Assembly: GCF_963921235.1 (NCBI RefSeq)
Contig: NC_086097.1
Span: forward strand, 5,394,001-5,458,000
Origin: Mobula hypostoma
Lineage: Eukaryota
Length of the DNA: 64,000 nucleotides
Direction of reading: 5' to 3'
The notes under the pieces were generated by a model. The model was not told the DNA's origin, searched no databases, and saw only the letters and a program-made list of their open reading frames with translations. The translations under genes and the position numbers were made by a program. This document shows positions 37,909-49,900 of this stretch, piece after piece; position 1 is the stretch's first letter, and the number at the start of each line of letters is the position of its first letter.

Positions 37909-40900
37909 GTAAGAGATCATTTGGATGTTAAACACACATCATTTAATGACTGGATCAGTTGATGCTTCAACTTCTGTTTCTTGAGCAGGACAATTTCTCA
38001 ACATCTTTATATGCTCTGTGAGGGTAGGGGTGTTTTGCAATTGTTTGTTTTTTATGCGCTGTGTTGTATGACATGAGCGATCATTGTCTTTCCATGACCA
38101 TAATTTTTCTTGGCAATTTTTTTGACAGAAGTGATTTGCCATTGCTTTCTTCTGGGCAGTGTCTTTACAAGATGGGTGAGCCCAGTCATTATCAATACTC
38201 TTCAGAGATTATCCGCCTAGTGCAGTGGTTGCATATCCAGGACTTGTGATATGCACCAGCTGCTCATATGACCACCCACTACCTGCTCCCATGGCTTCAC
38301 GTGACCCTGATGGGATGGGGTGGGGGGGTGGAGTCTAAGTAGGTGCTGCACCTTGCCTAGGGTAGCTGCAAGCTCGTGAAAGGAAGGAGGGCCTTAAACT
38401 TCCTTTGGTAGAGATGTCTCTCCACCCCACCACCCATGTTATGCAATGCAATAATTTAAAAATTTAATCATTTAAAAGTTTATACATCAGTGCATGAATT
38501 CCCATTTTTTACACTGCTGTCCCCAAATTGATGATGTCAGAATTACCTGTAATCCAAACATTTCTGAATGCATTGTTAATTTGTGTGGCTCTATGCAAGA
38601 TTGTTGTTAGTTAACCAGAAAACTTAGAACTGTATTCTATTTATAAAAAAAAATTTCTCAGGGAACTTAAAGTGAATTGAACAGTAATCAATTTTCAAGG
38701 CAGTATATTTATTTCATTTTAGGTATTTGAAATATGATCCAAAGAATGCAATATTTGTTTGGTTATATTTTATTTTTAATAATTATGAGATACTGCAGAT
38801 GCTGGAAAACCAGAGCAACACATACAAAATACTGGAGGAACTCAGCAGGTCAGGCAGCATCTATGGAAATGAATAAACAGTCAACACTTTGGGCTGAGAG
38901 CTTCTTCGCGACTGGAAAGGAAAGGGGAAGATGCTTGTATAAAAAATGGGGAAGGAAGATAGCTAGAAGGTGATAGGTGACGTCAGGTGAATCGGAAAGG
39001 TAAAGGGCTGGAGAAGAAGGAATCTGATATGAGAGGACAGTGGACCATGAGAGAAACGGAATGAAGAGGTGACACATGGTGGGGGGGTGACAGTCAGGTG
39101 AGAAGAGGTAAGAGGACAGGGAGGGGAAGAGTAAAGGGGAGGAGGAGGGAATTTTTTTTTTTAGTTGGAAAGAGAAATCAAAATTCCTACCATCAGGTTG
39201 GAGGCCACCCAGATGGAATACAAGGTGTTAGCCTCCACACTGAGGATGGCCTTATCATGGCACAAGAGGAAGCCATGGACCAACATGTTGGAAGAGGAAA
39301 GGAGAAATTAAAAAGTTTGACCACCAGGAAGTTCCACATTTTTTTAAAGTTATTTTTAAAGTTATGCACTGGAGTTGGTGATCTCTCTCTGTTCTCCATC
39401 TTGTACACTTCTCCTTGATCCTTGATCCTTGATCCTGTGCACCTCTCACACACAGGGGTACCACAGTAGGGTAGCGGTTAGTGTGACATTCCAGAGTTTG
39501 GAATTCTGTTCTGTAAGGAGCCTCTGTACATCATCCCTAAGGAACGCATGGGTTTCCTCTGGGTGCTCCAGTTTCCAAAGACGACCCGGATAGGTTAATT
39601 GTAATAGGTGATTGTAAATTGGCTGGTGATTAGGTTAGGATTAATTGGGTTTGTGGGTGGTGGGGGTTGATGGGATGGTGTGGCTCGAAGGGCCCGAAGG
39701 GCCAGAAGGGCCCACTCTGCCCTGTATCGCCAAACAAATAAAGTCAAACATGAACATCTCTGCCCATCTCTCCTCCGATATGCCTTTTACTTTGATGTGC
39801 TCTAAACTTTGTTATATCAAACTATCTTTGGGGCGTATTTCAAACTATGTCATGAGGTATATTTAAGGCAGAGATTGATAGACTCTTGATTGGTTCTGGC
39901 ATAAAGGGTTACAGGAGGGAAGGCAGGAGATTGGGGCTGAGAGGGAAATAGATCAAACATGATGAAATGGCAGAATAGACTCAATGGGCCAAATAGCCTT
40001 CTTCTGCTCCTATATCTTATGGTCTGTTTCTCTTGTCTGTTTTCCTTTTCCTTTTTGGCGTTTGTTCATTCAAATTATAGTTTCATTGTAAGTAGACTCA
40101 TGATCAGACATGGGGCACTGATTGAGTCATTGGTAGAGACGGGAGTATTCAAGGAAAGAAAGAACTTGCACTACCTACAAGTTCTCAATATGACCCAAAA
40201 ATCATCAAACCCAATGAATTACTTTGAGATGTGTGTCTAACTAGCAATTGAATCAATAAGGGCGACTAACAACAAAATAAGTTATTGGCTCCATTTCCTT
40301 TTATAATTTCTGCAAAAAGCAAATCCAATTTTTGGTGGATGTTAGCAGTATTTGTAATTCAGAAGAGGTAGAGAAACTGTTCTGTACCTGTGGTTTACGT
40401 TCTGTACCCACACTGATCACTTTTAGCATTCTAGTTAGCACGTTGCTTATTTCCCACTGGCAGCATCAATATCATTATAAGTGTGTTGCTCTGCGTACTG
40501 AACATAGAGAAAAGACAAGTTTAATCTGAACATCAACCTCAAGTTCCAGTCATTTCTCCCACCTCCCTCTTCTCTCTTCTTCTATTCGCCATTTTGTCTC
40601 ACTTCTTACCCATTTTCTTCTCCATCACCTCACTCTGTTTCCCCTTTCTCCCATGGTACACTCTCCTCTACTTTCCGACTCCTTCTTCTTAACCCTTTAC
40701 CTCTTCCACCCATCACCTCCCAGCTTCTCACCTCATCTCCCATGTCCCACTTAACCACCTTCATCTTCACATGGTTTCACCTATCATCTGCCAGCTCAAT
40801 CTTCTTTCTCCAACCCCCTCTCCTTCCTTTATCAGCCTGAAGAAGGGGCTTGGCCCAAAATGTCAACTGGTCATTCTCCTCCACAGATGCTGCCTGACTT

Positions 40901-43900
40901 GCTGAGTTCCTCAAGCATTTTTTTGTGTGTTGCTCTGGATTTCCAGCAACTGCAGAACCTCTTGTGTTTCCGATTACAGTCTGTTGGTTAACACCAAGAA
41001 AGGAATAAAATCATGGCCAGGAAATTGGTTTGAACATAAAACGTTACAGCACAGAAAAGGCCATTTGGCAATGATGTTGTGTCCAGCTACAGTACTGTGT
41101 AACGGTCTCAGGCACATACATATAGCTCGTGTACCTAAGACCTTTGTACAGTTCTGTATTTGTTAACGTGCAGTGGAGAACGAGTTTGTAAATCTGGCGG
41201 GAGGAAAGGATGTTGGGAATGGGGAGGGTGGAGGGCAGCAGAAGGTGTGTGGGACCGATGGCACAGAAGGAGTGTCATGGGTGGGGGTGGGCTTGGTACA
41301 GGGGCAGACACACCCAGCCTTGAGACAGTAGGCAAGGTATAAGAAGCCATAGAAAAGCACAGCAGAGATAAGCCATTTGTCTCATCTGACTCATCTGATC
41401 TGAGCCTAACCATGTAAACCACCTCCTTCCATCGAGCTGCACATGACCAGAGCCCTCTGTACCCCTCCCATCCAAGTACCTTGCATGTAGCACTTGCACT
41501 GGCAGCTACTTCCACACCCTCACCACCCTCTGAGTGAAGGAGTTTCCCTTCACATTCCCCTTAATCGGTGGCGCCCCACTCAAGCATGCAGCAAAGCATC
41601 AGTAAAGACACAGACTTGCCCAAAGACTACTCGGTCACCCGGTATTCGACATACCACAGGCTCTCTCTCTCTCGAATGAGGGAAAAAGAGGTGTCCCCGT
41701 TTCACAGCGAGAGGGGAGACGTAGCAGAACAACTCGTTGATTTATGGTGTTAAAAGTCTGTTGCATCGCTTTTTCCAAGCTCTGTGCCTCTGGGCACACA
41801 GCCAGCAGCCAGCCTGCTGCTTCCGATCTTCCTTGTTCTCCCGTGACACATCAGTCGTCATCGGTGGCAGCACCGGCCTTGAATCAGCCCGTCTCCAGAG
41901 CCACAAAGATCCGGCACCCTGGAGGCACGTTAGTCTTCCAGGCCATGTCCTTGGCATATCGAAAAGCGGACAGTTATGAGGCCGCATGAGCAGGTCCCAT
42001 TCCTGCAAAGACCCGGAGTCAGAGTGTAACTCCAGGTCAGGGTCTTCAAAAAGAACCTTGAAAGGGAAAAAAGAGATATCACAGTCCACCACCATGATGT
42101 CCATTTCAACAGATCTAACATATCTTTAGCAAGCACATAGATATTGAGAATACTTTCCTAAATAAGGAATGCCTGAAAACAGTAGGTTTTTCTGGTGATT
42201 TCGGATATGACAATGTCCAGAAATAGTGCATCAGAGACAGATATGATCCAGTGTCTCGATCCGAAAGGATTCAGTAAACCGGACTCTCGAGAATGCAGTA
42301 CAGCTATGGCGGCCATTGCTGAAGCAGACTTGGGGCTCAATCGAAGCATCAGGGTCTGAGCCCGAGAGCAAGAAATGAACCGATGTTTGGCCATTGCTGG
42401 GGTGTACCTGAGAGGAGATTGAAACGGTAGGTCCCAGCCTGAGAGCTAAAACAAATGGATGCTTGGTGGATGCTGTCCAAGTTGCATGCCATCTTGGACA
42501 ATGTCTCCAATCCACTACATAATGTACTGGTTGGGCACAGGAGTACATTCAGCCAGAGACTCATTCCACCGAGATGCAACACAGAGCGTCATAGGAAGTC
42601 ATTCCTGCCTGTGGCCACCAAACTTTACAACTCCTCCCTTGGAGGGTCAGACACCCTGAGCCAATAGGCTGGTCCTGGACTTATTTCCTGGCACAATTTA
42701 AATAATATTATTTAACTATTTATGGTTCTATTACTATTTATTATTTATGGTGCAACTGTAACGAAAACCAATTTCCCCCGGGATCAATAAAGTATGACTA
42801 TGACTATGACTATGACTATGGATTTAAGCACCGAGCCAGATTTACAAGATCAAAGCATCAAAGTCGAGGGTAAAGGATGAACTCACTACTCTGCATGGTT
42901 TACTTGTCTTAGCACTAAACTGTGGCGTGCAGTGATTGGCACTCATCTCTGTGCTGAACTGCCTCCAGGGCTGTGGCCTGCAGTCATCGGGCTCCTGGAC
43001 TGGTATCACTTGCCTCTGTGCTGAAATGTCTCCGGGGCTGTGAACTCACTCTCAGGGTCTCTGCAGTTCACGTTCTGTGTGGTATTTGTTTACTTGTTTA
43101 TTGTTTGGATAATTTGTTCTTTTCTCACACATTGGGGGTTTGACGGTTTGTTCTGTGTGGGGGCAGGGTTTTTCAGGGATTCTATTGCGTTTCTTTGTTT
43201 TGTGGCTGCCTGCAAGAAGACAAACCTCAAGGATGCATATAGTGTGCGTAGTATGATAATAAATGTACTTTGAACTTGAACATACAGTATGTTGCATGCA
43301 CATACATGTTGATAAAATTACCTGAGTGCGCTTATCTCTTTGATTTCTCCAGGTGAATGGTTGCAGCCTTTCGACGCTAAGCGCACTTATGAAGCTGACT
43401 TTCATGTCGATGACAGAACGACAGAGAGAGTTCGCATGATGAGAAGGACAGGAACGTATTACAGAACGTATGCCGAGGACCTCTCCAGTGAAGTGCTTCT
43501 GATGGAATATGCAGGAAATACCTCCCTATTGATTTTGCTACCGAAATCTGGAAAATTGGCAGAGTTGGAGCGGAACTTGACCGTTCAAAAATTTGATCAT
43601 CTCTTGTTGTCAATGCGAAAGCAGTAAGTTCAATTAAATCAAATTTAATGTTATTATTATTTTCTAGCTGTACAAGTGAACTAAAATAATTACCATGATG
43701 GAAAGACCATAAGACATAGGAGCAAAATTAGGCCATTCAGCCCATCAAATCTGCCCCACCAATCCATTATGGCTGATTTATTATGCCTCTCAACCCCATT
43801 CTCTTGCTTTCACCCTGTATCCTTTGATGTCCTGACTAATCAAGAACCTATCAACCTCCACTTTAAATATACTCAATGACTTGACCCACATAGTCATCCC

Positions 43901-46900
43901 CGGCAGTGATTCACCACACTCTTACTCACAAAGTTCCTCCTTATCTCTACTCCAAAGGGGCAACATAGAAAATAGGACATTCAACAGTACAGCACAGGAA
44001 CAGGACATTCGTCGCTATCATATCTCATCTCAGCCTTCACTGCTCCACAGAAAAGAAAACCAAGTACATCAAACGTCTCTTTATAGCACATGTTCTCTAA
44101 TCCTGGCAGCATCCTGGTAAATTTCTGCCACACTCTCTCCAAAGCCTCAACATCCTTCCTATAATGAGGTGACCAGCACTGTATGCAATACTCCAGATGT
44201 GGCCTAACCAGATTTTTATAAAGTTGCAACATAACCTCCTAACTTTTGAACTCAAGGACCAGTGAAGACAAACAAGCCAAGTGCCTTCTTCAGAGTCAGA
44301 TTTATTACCAGTGACACAAGTCATGATGGAGCATAGACAACACAGGAAGAGGCCATTCGGCACACAGTGTTGTGCCAAACCAGCTAAAATGCAAATCAAA
44401 AACAACCAGACACTAATCCCTCCTACCCACACTCATTTCCTTGACGAATAAAAGCAAATATTCCTTCTTAATCACCTTATTGACCTGTGTAGCCACTTTC
44501 AAGGAGCTATGAACTTGGATCCCAAGATCTCTCTGCTCAGCAACACAGTTAAGGACCTTGCCCTCAACAGTGTACTGTCTCCTTGCATTTCTCCTGCCAA
44601 CCTGCAACACCTCATATTTATCTGGATTAAACTCCATTTGCTATTTCTCTGCCTATATCTGCAAATGATCTATATCAGCTGTACGCTTTGCCAGTCTTCT
44701 ACACCATCGATAACTCCACCAATCTTGGTATCATCTGAAAACTTACTAAACCACCCACCAACAGTTTCATCCAGGTCATTTATATACATCACAACAGCAG
44801 AGATCCCAGCACAGATCCCTGTGGAACACCACCAATTACAGACCTCCAGCTCGAATCTCTGCTCCTGTGTCTTATGGTCTCATGGTCTTTTGGAACTTGT
44901 CCCTTCAACCATTACCTCTTGTCTTCTATGAGCAAGCTAATTCTGAATCTAAACAGCCAAATCACCATGCATTTTAATCTCACAAACAACAGGAATTCTG
45001 CAGATGCTGGAAATTCAAGCAACACACATCAAAGTTGCTGGTGAACGCAGCAGGCCAGGCAGCATCTCTAGGAAGAAGTACTGTCGACGTTTCAGGCCGA
45101 GACCCTTCGTCAGGACTAACTGCTAACTGAGAGTTAGTCCTGACGAAGGGTCTCGGCCTGAAACGTCGACTGTACCTCTTCCTAGAGATGCTGCCTGGCC
45201 TGCTGCGTTCACCAGCAACTTTGATGTGTGTTGCATGCATCTTAATCTTCTGGATTAGCCTTATATGAGTGACTTTGTCAACTGTCTTCCTAAGATCCAT
45301 GTGAACACTGCCCTACCCTCAACAATCTCTCTCGTCACCTTGTCAAAAAACTCAATCAAGTTGGTAAGGCACGACCTGCCCCATACAAAGCCATTTTACT
45401 CTCCCTAATTAGCCCAAATGCTCATATATCCTATCCCTAAGAAGTTTCTCCAGCAATTTCCTGGCAACTGACATGAGACTCACTGGTCTGTAGTTTCTAG
45501 GATTTTCACTTGCCCATCCTTAATTAAGGGTACAACATGAGCCACTCGCCAGTCCTCTGGGACCTTGCCTGTGGCCAGAGAGGACATGAAGATACCAGTC
45601 AAGGGCCTAGCAATCTCGTCTCTTGCATCCTTCAATCCCATCATGTCCTGGGGACTTATCCACCTTAATTCTCATCAGAAGGCCCAACACTTCCTTCTCC
45701 TTGAACTCTGAACACCCTAATGTAAATATACATGCAGCACTGACCTCCTGGTCTTCCAAATCCTTTTTCCTTGATAAATATTGAAGCAAAGTACTCACTA
45801 AGTACCTCAGTCACATTCTCTGCGTCCAAACAAATGTTCACCTCTTTATCGTTGAGCGATCCCACTCTCTCCCTCATTTGGATTTTCAAAAGGCTTTTGA
45901 CAAGGTCCCACACAGGAGATTAGTGTGCAAACTTAAAGCACACGGTACTGGGGGTAAGGTATTGGTGTGGGTGGAGAATTGGTTAGCAGACAGGAAGCAA
46001 AGAGTGGGAATAAACGGGACCTTTTCAGAATGGCAGGCGGTGACTAGTGGGGTACTGCAAGGCTCAGTGCTGGAACCCCAGTTGTTTACAATATATATTA
46101 ATGACTTGGATGAGGGAATTAAATGCAGCATCTCCAAGTTTGCGGATGACACGAAGCTGGGTGGCAGTGTTAGCTGTGAGGAGGATGCTAAGAGGATGCA
46201 GGGTGACTTGGATAGGTTGGGTGAGTGGGCAAATTCATGGCAGATGCAATTTATTGTGGATAAATGTGAAGTTATCCACTTTGGTGGCAAAAATAGGAAA
46301 ACAGATTATTATCTGAATGGTGGCCGATTAGGAAAAGGGGAGGTGCAACGAGACCTGGATGTCATTATACACCAGTCATTGAAAGTGGGCATGCAGGTAC
46401 AGCAGGCGGTGAAAAAGGCGAATGGTATGCTGGCAATTACAGCAAGAGGATTCGAGTACAGGAGCAGGGAGGTACTACTGCAGTTGTACAAGGCCTTGGT
46501 GAGACCACACCTGGAGTATTGTGTGCAGTTTTGGTCCCCTAATCTGAGGAAAGACATCCTTGCCATAGAGGGAGTACAAGGAAGGTTCACCAGATTGATT
46601 CCTGGTATGGCAGGATTTTCATATGAAGAAAGACTGGATGAACTGGGCTTGTACTCGTTGGAATTCAGAAGATTGAGGGGGGATCTGATTGAAACGTATA
46701 AAATCCTAAAGGGATTGGACAGGCTAGATGCAGGAAGATTGTTCCCGATGTTGGGGAAGTCCAGAACGAGGGGCCACAGTTTGAGGATATAGGGGAAGCC
46801 TTTTAGGACCGAGATTAGGAAAAACTTCTTCACACAGAGAGTGGTGAATCTGTGGAATTCTCTGCCACAGGAAACAGTTGAGGTCAGTTCATTGGCTATA

Positions 46901-49900
46901 TTTAAGAGGGAGTTAGATATGGCCCTTGTGGCTACGGGGGTCAGGGGGTATGCAGGGAAGGCTGGGGCGGGGTTCTGAGTTGGATGATCAGTCATGATCA
47001 TAATAAATAGCGGTGCAGGCTCGAAGGGCCGAATGGCCTACTCCTGCACCTATTTTCTATGTTTCTATTATCCTTTTGCTCTTGATGTAAGTGCAGAATT
47101 CCTTTGGATTCACCTTAATCCTACTTGCCAAGGACTTTTCATGACCTCTCCTGGCTTTCCTAATTCCCATCTCAAGTTCTTTTTTGGCTTCTTTGTACTC
47201 CTCATGTGTTTCATTTCATCTTAACTTTTGAAGCTTTACATACCTTTTCTTTTCTTCTCGACTAAATTCATCACAGCTCTTGACATCCAAGGTTCTCTTA
47301 TCTTTCCAACCTCTCCTTCCTTCTAACAGGAACGTATCTTTCCTGCACTCTGCACAATTCATCTTTAAACACACTCCACACGTCTGCTGTGGACTTTCCA
47401 GAGAAAAGGTGTTCCCAAATAACGCTTCTTAGTTCCTGCTTAACATCTTCTTAATTTGTCCTGCTCCAATTTAAAACTCTCCCACAAAGACCATACATAT
47501 CCTTATCTATCGTTGTCCTGAAATTCAAGGAGTTGAAGTCACTGTTCCCTAACTGCTCACCCACTGAAAGGTCAGTCACCTCTGGCCAGGCCCATTTCCC
47601 AACACCAGGTCAAGTACGGCCCCTCCTCTTGTTAGACTGTCCACATATTGATTTCAGAAACCTTCCTGGATACACTTAACAAATTCTGCCCTATCTAAAA
47701 CCCCTTACACTAAGAAGCTCCCATTTTATATTAGGGAGGTTGAAATCCCCCATGACAACGACCCTAATATTTTTACACATTTCCTTAATCTGTCTGCATA
47801 TCTGTTCCTCAATGTCCCGTTGGCTATTAGGGGTCAGTGGTACAATCCCATCAGTGTGATTGCACCCTTCCTATTCCTGAGTTCTATTCAAATAACTCAG
47901 CATCTGACATCTGACCCCTCCATTGTCTATCCTGAGTACAGCTGTGATATTGTCCCTGATTAGTAGTGCTGCTCCCCACATCCCCCACCCCACCCCCTTT
48001 TACCTCCTCTATCTTTTCCATTTATTGTGTTTGTCTTAATATGTTCTTTTGCTGCTGCATCAGACCCAGAGTTTCAATTATTTTATTCTCCTTTGGACCT
48101 GTGTACTGGAATTTATATAAAACAATCTTGAACCTTGAATCCATAGATGCTGCCTGATCTGTTGTTTTCCTCCCGCAGTTTCGGGTGCGTTGTATTAATT
48201 CTTAGATTTCCTTTGTGTTAGTTTAATTTATTTATCAGTAAAAGTTTAAAAATCTAAGATGTGAGAAAATTTGAGGTGATACAGTACCTTTCTGGTGTTA
48301 TGTTCATGACAGATCTGTAGATGTGCATTTCCCAAAGATGACGCTGAGGAAAACTTACAAACTCAAACCCCTACTGAGGTCCATGGGTATCGAAGATGCA
48401 TCTACTAACTATGCAAACTTTTCTGGAATATCTGATGACCTGCTAAAATTATCAGAGGTAAACCATTGGAAAATTGATTACATTGAATACAGTTTATGTT
48501 AACAAACAAAAGATCACAAAAGTACTGCTTGGTTTATTGGGTTAATTTAAATGTTTAAGTTTGTATGCACTCATTGAATATGAATGCACGAACTACCCTA
48601 CACAATCCATATGTATCCTATACATATCTACCCACCGACCCAACCCTCCACATTCCCTATGTACAGTATACTATACATATCCACCCAATTATATTAAATT
48701 GGGTTTAACATCATTGGCATATGTTGTGAAATTTGCTTTTGTTAATAATGATAAACTGTACATTACAATAGGAAATATATTTTTAAAAATTAAATTAAAT
48801 AATTAGTGCAAAGAGAGAGCAAAAAATATAGTGAGGTTGTATACAAGGGTTCATTGTCAGTTCAGAAATCTTATGGTGGAGGGGAAGAAGCTTTTCCTAA
48901 ACATTGAGTGCATGTCTTCAGGCACCTGTACCTCTTCCTTGATGGTAGCAATGAGAAGAGGGCACGTCCTGCCTGGAATATACAAACATAGTACTCTCAC
49001 AAACAACAGGAATTCTGCAGATGCTGGAAATTCAAACAACACACATCAAAGTTGCTGGTGAACGCAGCAGGCCAGGCAGCATCTCTAGGAAGAGGTACAG
49101 TCGACGTTTCAAGCCGAGACCCTTCGTCAGGACTGTCCAGTTTTGGTCAGCTACCTACAGGAAAGATGTAAATAAGGTTGAAAGAGTATTGTGAAAATTT
49201 ACAAGGATGTTGCCTGGTCTGGAGGACCTGAGTTATAAGGAAAGATTAAATTGGTAGAACTTTATTCCTTGGAATGTAGGAGACTTATAAAGTAATACAA
49301 AATTATGAGAGGTGTAAATGTGCTAAATGCAAGCAGGATTTTTCCACTGTTGGGTGGGACAACAAATAGTGGTCATAGGTTAAGGGTGAAAGGGGAAAAG
49401 TTCAAGGGGAATGAGGGAAAACGTCTTCACTCAGAGGGTGGAATGAGCTGCCAGTGCAACTGGTGCATGTGAGCTCAATTTCAATGCTTACGAGAAGTTC
49501 AGAGTTCCGATTTCAAGGCCAATGCTGTCTGGAAGGAGTTTGCACTTCCTAGTCGTGAACACATGGGTTGACTTCGGGTTACCTGAGTTTCCCTCCAAAG
49601 CCCAAAGTTGTACTGGTTATTAGGCTAATTGCTGATGGCAAATCAAAGTTGAAAGTAAACTTGTTATCACAGTACATATATTGTATGTCACCACATACAA
49701 CCCTGAGATTCAGTTTCTTGTGGGCATACTCTATAAATCCAAGTAACACAATAGAATCAATGAAAGACTGCACTGAATAGGATGAACAAACAACCAATGT
49801 GCAAAGGACCACAAAATCTGTTTAGGATGGTGGCGAATCCTAGTCGCTCGGGTTCAGGTGTCTGATGTTCTGGTGTTTGCCGAGCTTGCAGATGTTTCAT

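Larger units (their letters stand above)
43704..48020 (-). mobile_element. Stack of minus-strand CR1 fragments in serpin intron, interrupted by a PLE fold-back (44981-45234) and a + strand CR1 (45879-47067)
   Basis: Antisense LVRPHLEYC, MEFNPDKYEV, DKSPGHDG, and endonuclease remnants (GDFNLPN) at ~47720-47755. Confidence 0.75.

Noticed and set aside
37909..37931. ORF-track C-terminus KRSFGC
   Set aside because: Read-through into the intron past the GTAAGA donor.
46309..47001. 230-aa minus-strand ORF (and similar ones at 58222-59707)
   Set aside because: Antisense frames of CR1 ORF2.
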